From Candidatus Nomurabacteria bacterium (GTDB taxonomy: Bacteria > Patescibacteriota > Minisyncoccia > Phycocordibacterales > UBA9973), in contig JAPLXR010000008.1 in NCBI GenBank assembly GCA_026395955.1, forward strand, positions 5,179-69,178: 64,000 nt of DNA, given 5' to 3'. This document shows positions 20,312 to 30,965 of the stretch, piece after piece. Position numbers and translations under genes: made by a program. Every line of letters starts with the position of its first letter. Position 1 is the first letter of the stretch. Under the pieces are notes generated by a model. The model was given only the letters and a program-made list of their open reading frames with translations. It was not told where the DNA came from and ran no database searches.

Positions 20312-22126
20312 TTACATTCCAAAAAGTTGATGTTTCAAAAGGTTTTTGTATTCCTTACAAGATTTTGAAAGTTTTTCATGAGTCCCCTCTCCTACTATTT
20401 TTCCATCTGCTACAACAAATATTTTGTCAGCATCAGCGATAGTTGAAAGTCTGTGAGCTATGATAATAGTTGTTCTACCTTTTGAACCTTTATTTATCGC
20501 ATCATGAATGAGTTTTTCATTGTGTGAATCGAGGGCACTTGTAGCTTCGTCAAAAATAAGTATTTTAGGATCTTTAATTAATGCACGAGCGATACCTATG
20601 CGTTGTCTCTCACCACCAGAAACTTTGATTCCCCCTTCACCGATCATTGTTTCGAGTCCATGGTCTTTTAACTTTTCAATAAAATCTGTCAAAGAAGCAT
20701 CTTTTACTGCTTTTTGTAATTTTTTATCTTCAACATTTTTTTGTCCTTCCGGTAATCCAAATAAAATATTATCTTTGATACTTCTATCAAATAAATCTAT
20801 TTTTTGTTCGACGTTACCTATGTGTGAACGAAGCCATTTTAAATTAATTTCTTTTAATGGAACTCCATCTATTAAAATTTCTCCATCAGTTGCTTCATAA
20901 TATCTACGTATAAGATTTACAATTGTTGTTTTACCTGAACCAGACATACCTACGAAGCCGACCTTGGCTCCAGCTGGAATTGTGAAATTAATATTTGAAA
21001 CAGTGTGATCTGGATTACTTCCTTCTATTTCTTCTTCATTTTCTTCTTGTTCTGCATTTTTACGATATGGGTATGAGAAATTTACATTTCGGAATTCTAT
21101 TTGTCCTTGTAATTTTTCTATTATTATTCCGTTTGGGTTTGGATCAATATCAGGAACGATATCTAGTAAATCAAAATATTTTCGTATTTCAACAATTTGA
21201 AAAAGCATTCTTCTTTGTGTACTCATTATATTTAATAAGTTTCCAAATATAAAACCTAACCATGACATAAGAGTAACGATCATACCTACAGAATGTTGAC
21301 CAGTTAGTATTAACCATATACCTAAACCTAAACAAGAATATTGACCTACAATAATAAATCCTCTCTGTGGATAGAAACTTTTTAAATAATCCATCCAAGT
21401 TTTTGCTTCAAAAATAGTTACTTTGTCCCAAAAATTATTGAAATTTTTAACTGTAGGTAATTCCTGGGCTTCAGAAATAACTAATGTAGAGTTTCTGTAT
21501 AATTCAGACTGCATTTTTCCTTGAGCTTGATGTTTCTTTCTTATTTCATTTATTTCTGGAAATGCTTTTTTATTTCTTTCTAACGATAGATATATATAAA
21601 TACCAACAAAAACAAAAGCAGTTAAAGCTATTCTCCAATCCATAATTGCTAATATTATTAATGTAACTAACATTTGAACAACGTTAGGTAATATATTGTA
21701 TAGTACTGCTTCAACTAATTGGTCTAGTGAATTTTGTCCCTTGTTCACAACTGTTTGTTTTACTCCTGAGTGTTCATTGATATGTTGACCGATAGAAAAT
21801 TGCAACATTTTATTTAAAGAAAATACTGAAAAAGATTTATCTATATTGCTTCCTAATTTTTGAATCTCGATACCTTCTCTATACCATGATAAAAATATAG
21901 ATTGAAAAGCTGACAATAAAAATGCAAAGATTAAAAAATAAAATGCCATTGATGCATTGTTTTTATTAACCGCGTCAATACTTTTTCCGAATAAATACGG
22001 AGATAATGTTCCTATTAATTGACTAAAAATAGTAATAAAAAAAACAATAAAAACATATTTTTTGAATGGTTTAAACAAACTAACTATCTGAGCTATAAAG
22101 CTTTTCTTGTTTTTTTCTTTATTCAT
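20312..22126 (-). CDS. ABC exporter, fused permease/ATPase
   Basis: N-terminal TM domain, GMSGSGKTT, VSGGERQR, ILIFDEATSALD, IAHRLST. Confidence 0.93.
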   Translation of the reverse strand: MNKEKNKKSFIAQIVSLFKPFKKYVFIVFFITIFSQLIGTLSPYLFGKSIDAVNKNNASMAFYFLIFAFLLSAFQSIFLSWYREGIEIQKLGSNIDKSFSVFSLNKMLQFSIGQHINEHSGVKQTVVNKGQNSLDQLVEAVLYNILPNVVQMLVTLIILAIMDWRIALTAFVFVGIYIYLSLERNKKAFPEINEIRKKHQAQGKMQSELYRNSTLVISEAQELPTVKNFNNFWDKVTIFEAKTWMDYLKSFYPQRGFIIVGQYSCLGLGIWLILTGQHSVGMIVTLMSWLGFIFGNLLNIMSTQRRMLFQIVEIRKYFDLLDIVPDIDPNPNGIIIEKLQGQIEFRNVNFSYPYRKNAEQEENEEEIEGSNPDHTVSNINFTIPAGAKVGFVGMSGSGKTTIVNLIRRYYEATDGEILIDGVPLKEINLKWLRSHIGNVEQKIDLFDRSIKDNILFGLPEGQKNVEDKKLQKAVKDASLTDFIEKLKDHGLETMIGEGGIKVSGGERQRIGIARALIKDPKILIFDEATSALDSHNEKLIHDAINKGSKGRTTIIIAHRLSTIADADKIFVVADGKIVGEGTHEKLSKSCKEYKNLLKHQLFGM

Positions 22127-22146
22127 TTTTATTTTTTAGTTAACTT

Positions 22147-23169
22147 TTAAAAAAAATCTATTTTCATTGCACGGCGAACTTCATTTAATGTTTGAATTGC
22201 TTCTTCTCGAGCTTTCTCTGTACCTTCTTCTAAGATATCCATAACCATTTTTGGATTCTCTGCTAATTTTTCTCTTTTCTCACGAATAGGAGTTATTATT
22301 TCAGATAAAACTTTTGCTAAACGTTTTTTAATAGCGACATCACCTAGACCACCAGCTTCGTATTGTTTCTTTAAATCCGTAACTTCTTCTTTGTTTGTAT
22401 CAAAAATATCTAGGTACATAAATACGACATTACCTTCTACTTTACCTGGATCAGTAACATGTATGTGATTTGGATCTGTATACATTTCCATAACTTTCTT
22501 TTCTATTGTTTCATCTGAATCAGAAAGATAGATTCCATTGTTTAAAGATTTAGACATTTTTGAATTACCATCAGTGCCGACGAGACGTGGAGTTTCTCCG
22601 ACTAAATGTGAAACTCTATTAAAAGTGTCTCCGTAAATGCGATTGAAAGTATCTACTATTTCATTTGTTTGCTCAATCATTGGTTTTTGATCTTCACCAA
22701 CTGGAATCAAATTTGCTTTTGCAAATAAAATATCTGCTGCTTGAGAAACTGGATATACTAGAAACCCTGTAGGGACATCTTCACCGAAACCTTTTTGTTG
22801 CATTTCAGATTTTACTGTTGGATTTCTTTTTAAACGAGCAAGAGTTACTAGATTCATAAACAAAAGAGCTAATTCTGCAATTTCAGGAATTTGGGATTGA
22901 ATGAACATTGTTGTTTTAGCTGGATCGAGTCCACAAGCGAGGTTATCGAGTGCGACTTCGAGTGTATTGATACGGATTTTCTCTGGATTTTCAGCATTAT
23001 CAGTGAGGGCTTGCATATCAGCAACCATATAAAAAGACTTCTTTGCTTCGTCTTGAAGTTTAAGTCTGTTTTGAATAGAACCGACAAAATGTCCCAAATG
23101 GAGCTTGCCTGTTGGTCTATCGCCTGTTAAAACTATTTTTTCTTTTGTGTTTATATGGTCTTTTTCCAT
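22147..23169 (-). CDS. trpS: tryptophan--tRNA ligase
   Basis: TGDRPTGKLHLGH, YPVSQAADI, PVGEDQ, KMSKS. Confidence 0.97.
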   Translation of the reverse strand: MEKDHINTKEKIVLTGDRPTGKLHLGHFVGSIQNRLKLQDEAKKSFYMVADMQALTDNAENPEKIRINTLEVALDNLACGLDPAKTTMFIQSQIPEIAELALLFMNLVTLARLKRNPTVKSEMQQKGFGEDVPTGFLVYPVSQAADILFAKANLIPVGEDQKPMIEQTNEIVDTFNRIYGDTFNRVSHLVGETPRLVGTDGNSKMSKSLNNGIYLSDSDETIEKKVMEMYTDPNHIHVTDPGKVEGNVVFMYLDIFDTNKEEVTDLKKQYEAGGLGDVAIKKRLAKVLSEIITPIREKREKLAENPKMVMDILEEGTEKAREEAIQTLNEVRRAMKIDFF

Positions 23170-23286
23170 ATTTATATATTATCATAAAATATAATATTTT
23201 TCAGCATAAATCTTTTCCCCATTTTAATAACATAGTTATGCTATTTGTCGCCTTTCACTATTTTTTCACTATGATAAAATGCTTGT

Positions 23287-24678
23287 ATGCAAAAGTTAAG
23301 AAAAAATGAAATTCGTATTCCACCACAAAGTATTGATTCAGAAAAAGCAGTACTCGGTTCAATACTACTTCGTAAAGATGCTATCAATGATATCGAAGAT
23401 GTAATAACTGGTGAATCTTTTTATGTTGAAAAACATAAAATACTTTTTGACACTATGATAGACCTAGCTCGAGCAAACGAACCTATCGATATGCTATCTC
23501 TTTCTACAAAACTTTCTGAAAGAAAACTTTTAGAAGCTGTCGGTGGTAACCAATACCTAGCTGAAATTGTAAACGTTGTTCCCTCTTCTACAAACGTTCG
23601 CCATTATGCAGATATAGTACAAAAGAAATTCATCCTCCGTTCTCTTATCGATGCTGCAGATTATGTTTCTGAACTTGCTTTTGATGAAGGCGATGATCAT
23701 ATGGAAGAAATTCTAGATCAAGCAGAAAAGAAAATGTTCTCTGTTGTTTCTTCTCCAAAAAATCAAAAATTCGTAAGTATGAAAGATGCATTACCTGAAG
23801 CATTTGATCGTCTGTCTAAGCTTCATGAAAACAAAGGTGAAATGCGCGGAATTCCTACTGGTTTTAGAGATTTAGACAATATGCTTTCTGGTTTCCAAAA
23901 ATCAGATTTGATTATTCTCGCAGCTCGTCCATCTGTCGGTAAGACAACTCTTGCTCTCGACATCGCACGTCTCGCGGCAACTGTACACAATAAATCTGTA
24001 GGTATATTTTCCCTTGAAATGTCTACCCAACAATTAATAGATAGAATGCTCTCTGCTGAATCACGCGTAAATGCTTGGAATTTACGTACTGGTAATCTGT
24101 CTTCAGATAAAGAATTTTCTCAACTTCGTGATTCTCTAGATAAACTTTCAAAAGCAAAAATATTTATCGATGACCAAGCTGGTAACTCTATTGCAAAAAT
24201 GAAAGCTGCTTCACGTCGTTTGAAAGCTGAAAAAGGTTTGGATCTTATTGTTGTCGACTACTTGCAACTTATGACTACATCAAAGAGTTATGATTCTATG
24301 GTAAACCAAGTTACTGAAATATCTCGTTCACTAAAAGGTCTCGCAAAAGAGCTCGACGTTCCTGTGCTAGCTCTTTCACAGCTTTCTCGTGCTGTGGAAT
24401 CTCGTGGTGGTAAACCTCGTCTTTCTGACCTTCGTGACTCTGGATCTATCGAACAAGACGCCGATGTAGTTATGTTTATTCACCGTGAAGATAAAGGTAA
24501 AGATGAATCCGAACGTACAAATATCGCAGAAATATTAATTGAAAAACATCGTAATGGACCTACCGGTAAAATAGACCTATACTTTGATGATAAAACTACT
24601 TCATTCCTTAATTTGGAAAAGAGTAATATGAGTGAATTTTCTGCTACAAAATCTAGTGGTGCTCTCGATGAATTTTAA
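23287..24678 (+). CDS. dnaB: replicative DNA helicase
   Basis: PPQSIDSE, AARPSVGKT, FSLEM, VDYLQL, LSQLSR, LSDLRDSGSIEQDAD. Confidence 0.98.
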   Translation: MQKLRKNEIRIPPQSIDSEKAVLGSILLRKDAINDIEDVITGESFYVEKHKILFDTMIDLARANEPIDMLSLSTKLSERKLLEAVGGNQYLAEIVNVVPSSTNVRHYADIVQKKFILRSLIDAADYVSELAFDEGDDHMEEILDQAEKKMFSVVSSPKNQKFVSMKDALPEAFDRLSKLHENKGEMRGIPTGFRDLDNMLSGFQKSDLIILAARPSVGKTTLALDIARLAATVHNKSVGIFSLEMSTQQLIDRMLSAESRVNAWNLRTGNLSSDKEFSQLRDSLDKLSKAKIFIDDQAGNSIAKMKAASRRLKAEKGLDLIVVDYLQLMTTSKSYDSMVNQVTEISRSLKGLAKELDVPVLALSQLSRAVESRGGKPRLSDLRDSGSIEQDADVVMFIHREDKGKDESERTNIAEILIEKHRNGPTGKIDLYFDDKTTSFLNLEKSNMSEFSATKSSGALDEF

Positions 24679-24680
24679 TT

Positions 24681-25295
24681 ATGGATAGTATCGAAAAATT
24701 AACAGAATACTTCAAAGAATTTCCTGGTATTGGAGAAAGACAAGCAAAACGTTTTGTGTATTTTTTAATGGCACGTAATCCAAATTACTCTGAAAATTTA
24801 TCTAAATTAATTTTAGATTTGAAAAAAGAAATTTCTCAGTGTAATGAATGCTTTAGATTTTTCAATGTTGGACTTCGCCAGGAAAATATTTGTAGTATTT
24901 GTGTTGATCCGAAAACTGACGCTAGTATGCTAATGATTATCGAAAAGGATTCTGATTTAGAAAGTGTTAAAAAGAGTAAAAATTATAATGGAAAATATTT
25001 TGTTCTAGGTGGACTCGTACCAATAGTAGAAAAAAGTACTCCAACCAGAATCCGCCTGAATGAATTAAAAGATAAAATAAATAACAATAAAAATAATTTA
25101 AAAGAAATAATCCTTGCTTTCTCCCTGTCACCTCAAGGTGATCATACTGACATGTATATAAAAAGCCAACTCCGAGAATTGGCTGAATCTTTGAACATAA
25201 AAATCTCTTCCCTCGGCCGTGGTCTTTCCACTGGTACTGAACTCGAGTATTCTGATAATGAAACGATAAAGAACGCTTTACAAAATAGGCATTAA
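24681..25295 (+). CDS. recR: recombination mediator RecR
   Basis: FPGIGERQAKR HhH, CNEC...CSIC, Toprim YFVLGG, GTELEY. Confidence 0.93.
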   Translation: MDSIEKLTEYFKEFPGIGERQAKRFVYFLMARNPNYSENLSKLILDLKKEISQCNECFRFFNVGLRQENICSICVDPKTDASMLMIIEKDSDLESVKKSKNYNGKYFVLGGLVPIVEKSTPTRIRLNELKDKINNNKNNLKEIILAFSLSPQGDHTDMYIKSQLRELAESLNIKISSLGRGLSTGTELEYSDNETIKNALQNRH

Positions 25296-25321
25296 AAAAT
25301 CCCTCACAACGAGGGATTTTT
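25295..25321. terminator. bidirectional terminator between recR and rplU
   Basis: AAAAATCCCTC-ACAAC-GAGGGATTTTT. Confidence 0.75.
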
Positions 25322-25637
25322 ATGCTATTGATAGAATTTTTACTTTAAAGAATGGTTGACGGTGTCCGTTTCTCTTGAGGTAACGAGACTTTTGTTTGTA
25401 TTTAATAACCATAACCTTGCGGAGACGGCCTATTTCAACAATTTCAGCGTTTACTTTCGCACCAGAAACAAAAGGAGTACCGATTGTAGTATCTTTTGAG
25501 TCTTGAGTGAGTAATACTTCATCAAAAGATATTTTATCTCCTTTTGCGTATTCACCCTTTATTTTCTCGATAGAAACAACGTCGCCTACAGCAACTTTGT
25601 ATTGTTTTCCACCTGTTTTTATAACTGCGAATTCCAT
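25320..25637 (-). CDS. rplU: 50S ribosomal protein L21 (start moved to MEFAVIK)
   Basis: FAVIKTGGKQYKV, GHRQPF. Confidence 0.96.
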   Translation of the reverse strand: MEFAVIKTGGKQYKVAVGDVVSIEKIKGEYAKGDKISFDEVLLTQDSKDTTIGTPFVSGAKVNAEIVEIGRLRKVMVIKYKQKSRYLKRNGHRQPFFKVKILSIA

Positions 25638-25730
25638 AAGTTCTATATTATACGAAAACGCTTTAAAATGCAAGTCCTATTTAACTTATTTAAATTTGGA
25701 GCAAAAGAAAGCTTTTGTTATAATGTATTC

Positions 25731-26651
25731 ATGATTTCAAAATATACATTTAATGGCATTGACTGGATTGATTTGCAATCCCCAACAGCCGAAGAAGTAG
25801 CTAGCTTGGTAGATGAATATTCTATAGCACCGATGGTTGCTGAAGAATTTATAACAGAAACAGTTCGTTCAAAAGTAGACCTTTATAATAATCTCATTTA
25901 TTTGGTCTTACATTTCCCTATCGATCATATGAAAAAAGATGGTAGATCTGAACAAGAGATAGATTTCGTAGTCGGTAAAAAGTTCCTTATTACTATTCAC
26001 TATGAACTCGTAAACCCATTACATGAATTTTTCAAGAAATTTGAAGTTCGTGCTTTATTAAACAAAGAAGATAAAAATCTAAAAGAAGATCATGCTGGGT
26101 ACCTCTTCTATCACATTATCAAAGAGCTTTATAAAAATGTAGCAAAAGACTTAGAAGCTTTGCATCCAGAACTTAAGAAAATAGAAATGGGGATTTTTGA
26201 AGGTCGCGAAAGAGAAACAGTTAGAATAATTTCTGACGTGAATAGAAAATTATTAAATTTCAAACAAGCAATGCGTTATCACTATGAAGCATTAAAATCT
26301 TTTGAATCAGCTGGTAAAAAATTCTTTGAACCAGAATTCGCTTTTCAATTAGAAGCAATCATAGGTGAATATAATAAAATTAAAAGTGTGATGGATTCAA
26401 ATAAAGAAATAATAGTTGATTTACGTGAGACAAATGATTCACTGCTCGCAAACAAAACAAATGATACAATGAAAATACTGACAATTATTACTTTTCTAAT
26501 TTCTCCTGTTAGTGTTATATCTAGTATTTTTATGATGAATACAGACTTTGTTCTTATTCATGGAATGGGTCAATTCTATATAATATTAGGTTCAATGTTG
26601 CTCACTAGTATTGCCGTATTTGTCTTCTTCAAAGTTAAGAAATGGTTTTAA
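25731..26651 (+). CDS. CorA-family divalent cation transporter (start moved to MISKY)
   Basis: WIDLQSPT, NDTMKILT, two C-terminal TMs; signature reads MMN; TGTTATAAT six nt before ATG 25731. Confidence 0.85.
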   Translation: MISKYTFNGIDWIDLQSPTAEEVASLVDEYSIAPMVAEEFITETVRSKVDLYNNLIYLVLHFPIDHMKKDGRSEQEIDFVVGKKFLITIHYELVNPLHEFFKKFEVRALLNKEDKNLKEDHAGYLFYHIIKELYKNVAKDLEALHPELKKIEMGIFEGRERETVRIISDVNRKLLNFKQAMRYHYEALKSFESAGKKFFEPEFAFQLEAIIGEYNKIKSVMDSNKEIIVDLRETNDSLLANKTNDTMKILTIITFLISPVSVISSIFMMNTDFVLIHGMGQFYIILGSMLLTSIAVFVFFKVKKWF

Positions 26652-26659
26652 ATAATAAA

Positions 26660-28039
26660 ATGAATATCAAATTATATAATACTCTTACGAGAGAAAAAGA
26701 AGATTTTTCACCAATAGATCCAAAAGAGGTTCGTATGTATACTTGCGGGCCTACAGTTTACAATTATGCTCATATAGGTAATCTACGGTCGTATGTCTTT
26801 GCAGATACTCTACGCAGGACTCTAAAATATTTTGATTATAACGTAAAACAAGTTGTAAATATTACAGATATCGGCCACCTAGCTAGTGATGCTGATTCCG
26901 GTGATGATAAAATGACTAAAGGCTTACTTCGTGAAGGTAAAGAATTAAATTTACAAAACATGCGACTACTTGCTGAATTTTATACTGATAGATTCAAAGA
27001 GGATTTACAGAAATTAAATATTCTCACACCGAGCATTCTCGCTTTTGCTTCAGATTATATCAATGAAGATGTTGAACTTATTCAAAGATTAGAAAAAAAT
27101 GGTTTTACTTATAAAATAACTGATGGAATATATTTTGATACGGAAAAATTCCCTGAATATGGAGTACTCCGAAATGGAATTCAAAAAAATGAAGACGGGG
27201 AATCTAGAATCGGTGTAAATTCTGAAAAACATAATCCTGCAGATTTTGCTTTGTGGAAATTCGATCCTAAGATAGGATATCCTTCACCTTGGGGTCAAGG
27301 TTTTCCTGGTTGGCATATCGAATGTTCTGCTATGGGAATAAAATTTTTAGGTGAACAATTCGACATTCATACTGGAGGTATCGACCATATACCAGTGCAT
27401 CATACAAATGAAATTGCTCAGTCTGAGTGTGCTACAGGTAAAAGTCCTTTTGTAAAATATTGGCTTCATCATGAACACCTCGATATGGCTGGAGAGAAGA
27501 TGGCAAAATCAGGTGACAATTTTTTGCGTCTAAAACTCTTAGAAGAAAAAGATATCAATCCACTTGCCTATCGTTTTTGGCTTTTAATGGGCAACTACCG
27601 AACTAAAATGAATTTCAATTGGGAAGCACTAGAAGGTGCTCAAACAGCCTTAAAACGCCTTTTTAGGGCTTATATAGACCTTGGAAATGACCTTGGAACC
27701 TTGAATTCTGACTATCAAAACAAGTTCAAAGAATACATAGCAGATGACCTAGATACTCCAAAAGCTCTAACTTTAATATGGGATCTTTTGAAAGATGAAA
27801 AAATCTCAAATACTGATAAAAAAGCTACATTATTAGATTTTGATAAAGTACTCGGCCTCGGTTTAGAAAAATTAAAAGAAGACAATATTTCAGATGAAGT
27901 AACAGCTATTGCCGAAGAACGCGAACTAGCTCGTAAGAATAAAGATTTCCAAAAATCAGATGAACTCCGTGTTCAAATAAATATACTAGGTTATGAAATA
28001 AAAGACTCTTCTGAAGGTTATAAAATCTTTAAGATTTAA
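26660..28039 (+). CDS. cysS: cysteine--tRNA ligase
   Basis: YTCGPTVYNYAHIGN, DFALWK, PGWHIECSAM, HTGGIDH, KMAKS. Confidence 0.97.
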   Translation: MNIKLYNTLTREKEDFSPIDPKEVRMYTCGPTVYNYAHIGNLRSYVFADTLRRTLKYFDYNVKQVVNITDIGHLASDADSGDDKMTKGLLREGKELNLQNMRLLAEFYTDRFKEDLQKLNILTPSILAFASDYINEDVELIQRLEKNGFTYKITDGIYFDTEKFPEYGVLRNGIQKNEDGESRIGVNSEKHNPADFALWKFDPKIGYPSPWGQGFPGWHIECSAMGIKFLGEQFDIHTGGIDHIPVHHTNEIAQSECATGKSPFVKYWLHHEHLDMAGEKMAKSGDNFLRLKLLEEKDINPLAYRFWLLMGNYRTKMNFNWEALEGAQTALKRLFRAYIDLGNDLGTLNSDYQNKFKEYIADDLDTPKALTLIWDLLKDEKISNTDKKATLLDFDKVLGLGLEKLKEDNISDEVTAIAEERELARKNKDFQKSDELRVQINILGYEIKDSSEGYKIFKI

Positions 28040-29721
28040 ATAGCATCTAATTCCATCCAGAAAGTAGAACCTTTGTCTGGGCCATCAGAATCGACACCAA
28101 CTTTACCTTTGTGTCCTTCTTCAATAATTTTCTTTGCGAGATATAGACCGAGTCCTGAACCTCCAGCATTTACTTTTCCACCTTCAGCACGAGAGAATTT
28201 TTGAAATAGCTTTGCTTTTATTTCTGGAGTCATTCCCATGCCAGTATCTTTGATAGATAGACGAATTTTCTTTGTAGCTTCATCTTTAGTTAAAATAACT
28301 TTTATTGTTCCTGTCTTTGTATATTTAATAGAATTATCTATAAAGTTTAAGATAACCTGACGAATTTTTTCCATATCACCTTTTACCATATATGGTGATT
28401 TTTTATCTGTTTCGAAAGTCAATTTCAATCCTTTCTTTTTTGCTGTGACAGATAGGTCTGCAGTTAAATCTTTTGGTGCTTTTTCAAAGTCAAAATCTGC
28501 CATTATATATTGCATTCCACCTTGTTCTATTTTTGTAACGTTCAACAAATCTTCTACTGTTGTAGATAAATGGCGACTTGATTGGTATACACGATCAATA
28601 GCTTCTTTTTGTTTGTCATCCATTTGACCGAAAGATCCATCGAGTAGCATAGATGTGTATCCTATAATAGCCGTCAAAGGACTACGCAGTTGGTGTGAAG
28701 CGAGAGAAAGGAATTCTGTCTTTAATTTATCTAGAGATTGTAATTTTTCATTCGCATTTTCTAATTTTACATTAGATTCTTCAAGTCTCATTTTAGAACT
28801 TTCTAAATCAACTGATAGTTTTTCAATATGAACACGTTGATCTGATTCACGTTTTAAGTTTCTGTATAAAATTATAGAAATAGCTAAAGAAATAATAATT
28901 GTAATTATAGTCAATAATTGGTCGGCTGCACCGTTAACGAAGAATAATTGTCCCCCCATCAATATTACGAGCCCCGCTACAAGATAATGCGTACCTAACA
29001 TTTTAAAGTTAAAAATATCAAGTTCAAATACAGCATAAATAATTGTAACTAAAAATAACGGAAGTATAAAAAGACTATAGAGATTATACTCATATACTCC
29101 TGTAATAGAGGAAATATATTCAGTGATACCAAAAACAGAAAGAAAAGCAAAAATAGAACTTAATACAATAATATCAGCCTTACGTATTTTTTTGTCTTTT
29201 TGTTTGAAAAATGATCTTACTATATAAAAAAGTATTATTAAAAGAATGATACTTTCAGCCACTAATTTATAATTAGAAAGAAAATTATTATTATTGGCTT
29301 CACACGCTGGTTGATTAAACCCTGTTACAGATTGTCCTGTTATTGTTAAATAAAAAGGTGTTATTAATAACAAAGTAAACATTAATTTGATATACCATTT
29401 AGTGTCCCTTTCTTGAACGAAAGTAATTATAAAATATAAACCTAGAACATAGAATATAATTTCAATAAAATCTAAAAATGACCAAACACTATAAATTACA
29501 TGATAATCAGTTGTTGTCCAAGTTATCAAATCACCTATAAGCCATAAACAGAAAGAAACTACAAAGGCTAGAAATATTTTTGAATAAATATTGAATTTTG
29601 CTTTTATAAATATAAAAATAGCTAAAGCTAATGATAAAATTATTGGAATTATATGAGCATAACTAGCTAAAACAACTAAGTCTTTATTTATTGTTGTTAC
29701 AAACAAATAGCAGGAATTCAT
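28036..29721 (-). CDS. multi-TM (HisKA_7TM-like) sensor histidine kinase
   Basis: About 8-9 TM segments, coiled coil, H-box ASHQLRSPL, N-box NFIDNSIKY, DTGMG, GSGLGL. Confidence 0.93.
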   Translation of the reverse strand: MNSCYLFVTTINKDLVVLASYAHIIPIILSLALAIFIFIKAKFNIYSKIFLAFVVSFCLWLIGDLITWTTTDYHVIYSVWSFLDFIEIIFYVLGLYFIITFVQERDTKWYIKLMFTLLLITPFYLTITGQSVTGFNQPACEANNNNFLSNYKLVAESIILLIILFYIVRSFFKQKDKKIRKADIIVLSSIFAFLSVFGITEYISSITGVYEYNLYSLFILPLFLVTIIYAVFELDIFNFKMLGTHYLVAGLVILMGGQLFFVNGAADQLLTIITIIISLAISIILYRNLKRESDQRVHIEKLSVDLESSKMRLEESNVKLENANEKLQSLDKLKTEFLSLASHQLRSPLTAIIGYTSMLLDGSFGQMDDKQKEAIDRVYQSSRHLSTTVEDLLNVTKIEQGGMQYIMADFDFEKAPKDLTADLSVTAKKKGLKLTFETDKKSPYMVKGDMEKIRQVILNFIDNSIKYTKTGTIKVILTKDEATKKIRLSIKDTGMGMTPEIKAKLFQKFSRAEGGKVNAGGSGLGLYLAKKIIEEGHKGKVGVDSDGPDKGSTFWMELDAI

Positions 29722-29724
29722 AAA

Positions 29725-30531
29725 TTATTTTTTAGGTATTAATTTTTTAATATGTGAAGGATGACTAATCCAATATTCTTCATTTTCAATGTCTAATAAT
29801 GAAATTGGTACAATTAATGGTTTTACTCCTGTTAAGTTTTCTATTTCATTTATTGATGGTAATACTATGTTTTTAGTAAAATCTCCTTCAGAATCTTTAG
29901 AAGTTAAGAAATTTTCAAATAAAATTCCATGACAAACAAAGAGTAGTAAAAAATTTGTATAATAATGTGAAGCATCATTACCATTCCTGTCGTACCAACC
30001 TGAAATATCATGAAAGATTAAATCTTCAGGTAATTCATAATGTTTGAATAATTTTCTATGAAAATCAATTAGTGGTTCTTCCCATAAAGTAACTATATCT
30101 CTTATTTTTTTTCCATCGTATTTAACGAGATCTATTATATTTATTTTTTCAAACAAATCATTACCATTTTTATTTATTCCGTTATGTACCCTAATTTGAC
30201 AAAGTGAATGTTTAAAATTATTTTTAGAAGTAAATTTATCGTCAGGATATTCAAAAAGTATAGTTTCTAAATTATTTTCTTTTGTTATTTTAATAAAATG
30301 TTGAGTATCAACATTTGGAGTTGCTACTTGCCTAGCAAAAACACCACATTTTTTATTTTTCAATACTTCTGGTATATCACCATTAAGTAATTCCTCAATT
30401 CTGGCTATTAATACTGGATCTTTTTGTCTTTCTTCAAGCAAACGAAGTGCCTCAGAAAGTGGCGTATAAACTATCTGATTAAAGATATTTCTATCTGACA
30501 TTATTGTATTGTAATCACCTATTGAAGTCAT
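29725..30531 (-). CDS. hypothetical soluble protein, tightly spaced with the kinase gene
   Basis: 268-aa ORF, 2-3 nt gaps to neighbours, motif-like RQVATPN, EYPDDKFTSKN.FK, HGILFENF. Confidence 0.8.
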   Translation of the reverse strand: MTSIGDYNTIMSDRNIFNQIVYTPLSEALRLLEERQKDPVLIARIEELLNGDIPEVLKNKKCGVFARQVATPNVDTQHFIKITKENNLETILFEYPDDKFTSKNNFKHSLCQIRVHNGINKNGNDLFEKINIIDLVKYDGKKIRDIVTLWEEPLIDFHRKLFKHYELPEDLIFHDISGWYDRNGNDASHYYTNFLLLFVCHGILFENFLTSKDSEGDFTKNIVLPSINEIENLTGVKPLIVPISLLDIENEEYWISHPSHIKKLIPKK

Positions 30532-30533
30532 AA

Positions 30534-30941
30534 TTAATTTGCTGTATTGCTAATAGGTGTAATGTCACTTATTGGGGTAGTTGTAGGTGTAGGTAAAACA
30601 CAAGTTCCATCCACTATATCTGAATCAGTACACTCTGTTTTTACACAAGCGGTATTATTTGTACAAAAATCTGTACAATCTTCATTTGCACATTTGTCGA
30701 AATCTTTAGCACTCATTGTATAAGTATTGTAATAAGAAAGATTATTTGGAGGACAATTTCCAGCTATAGAACAATCACGATAAAAACATGTTTGTGTTGT
30801 TGAATCGCATTTAGTTTCAACTATAAAGTCATAATTTTTTTTAAAATAAAAAAGATAAAAAGAAACAACAATACTAATAAGACAACTTATAATTAATGTA
30901 TATAGAAACATATTGTGTGTTTTTTTATCTTCTGTTGGCAT
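30534..30941 (-). CDS. Cys-rich single-pass membrane protein
   Basis: N-terminal TM, 10 Cys in the following domain, Pro/Thr tail. Confidence 0.8.
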   Translation of the reverse strand: MPTEDKKTHNMFLYTLIISCLISIVVSFYLFYFKKNYDFIVETKCDSTTQTCFYRDCSIAGNCPPNNLSYYNTYTMSAKDFDKCANEDCTDFCTNNTACVKTECTDSDIVDGTCVLPTPTTTPISDITPISNTAN

Positions 30942-30965
30942 AGGTTTATATTAACATATTTTAAA

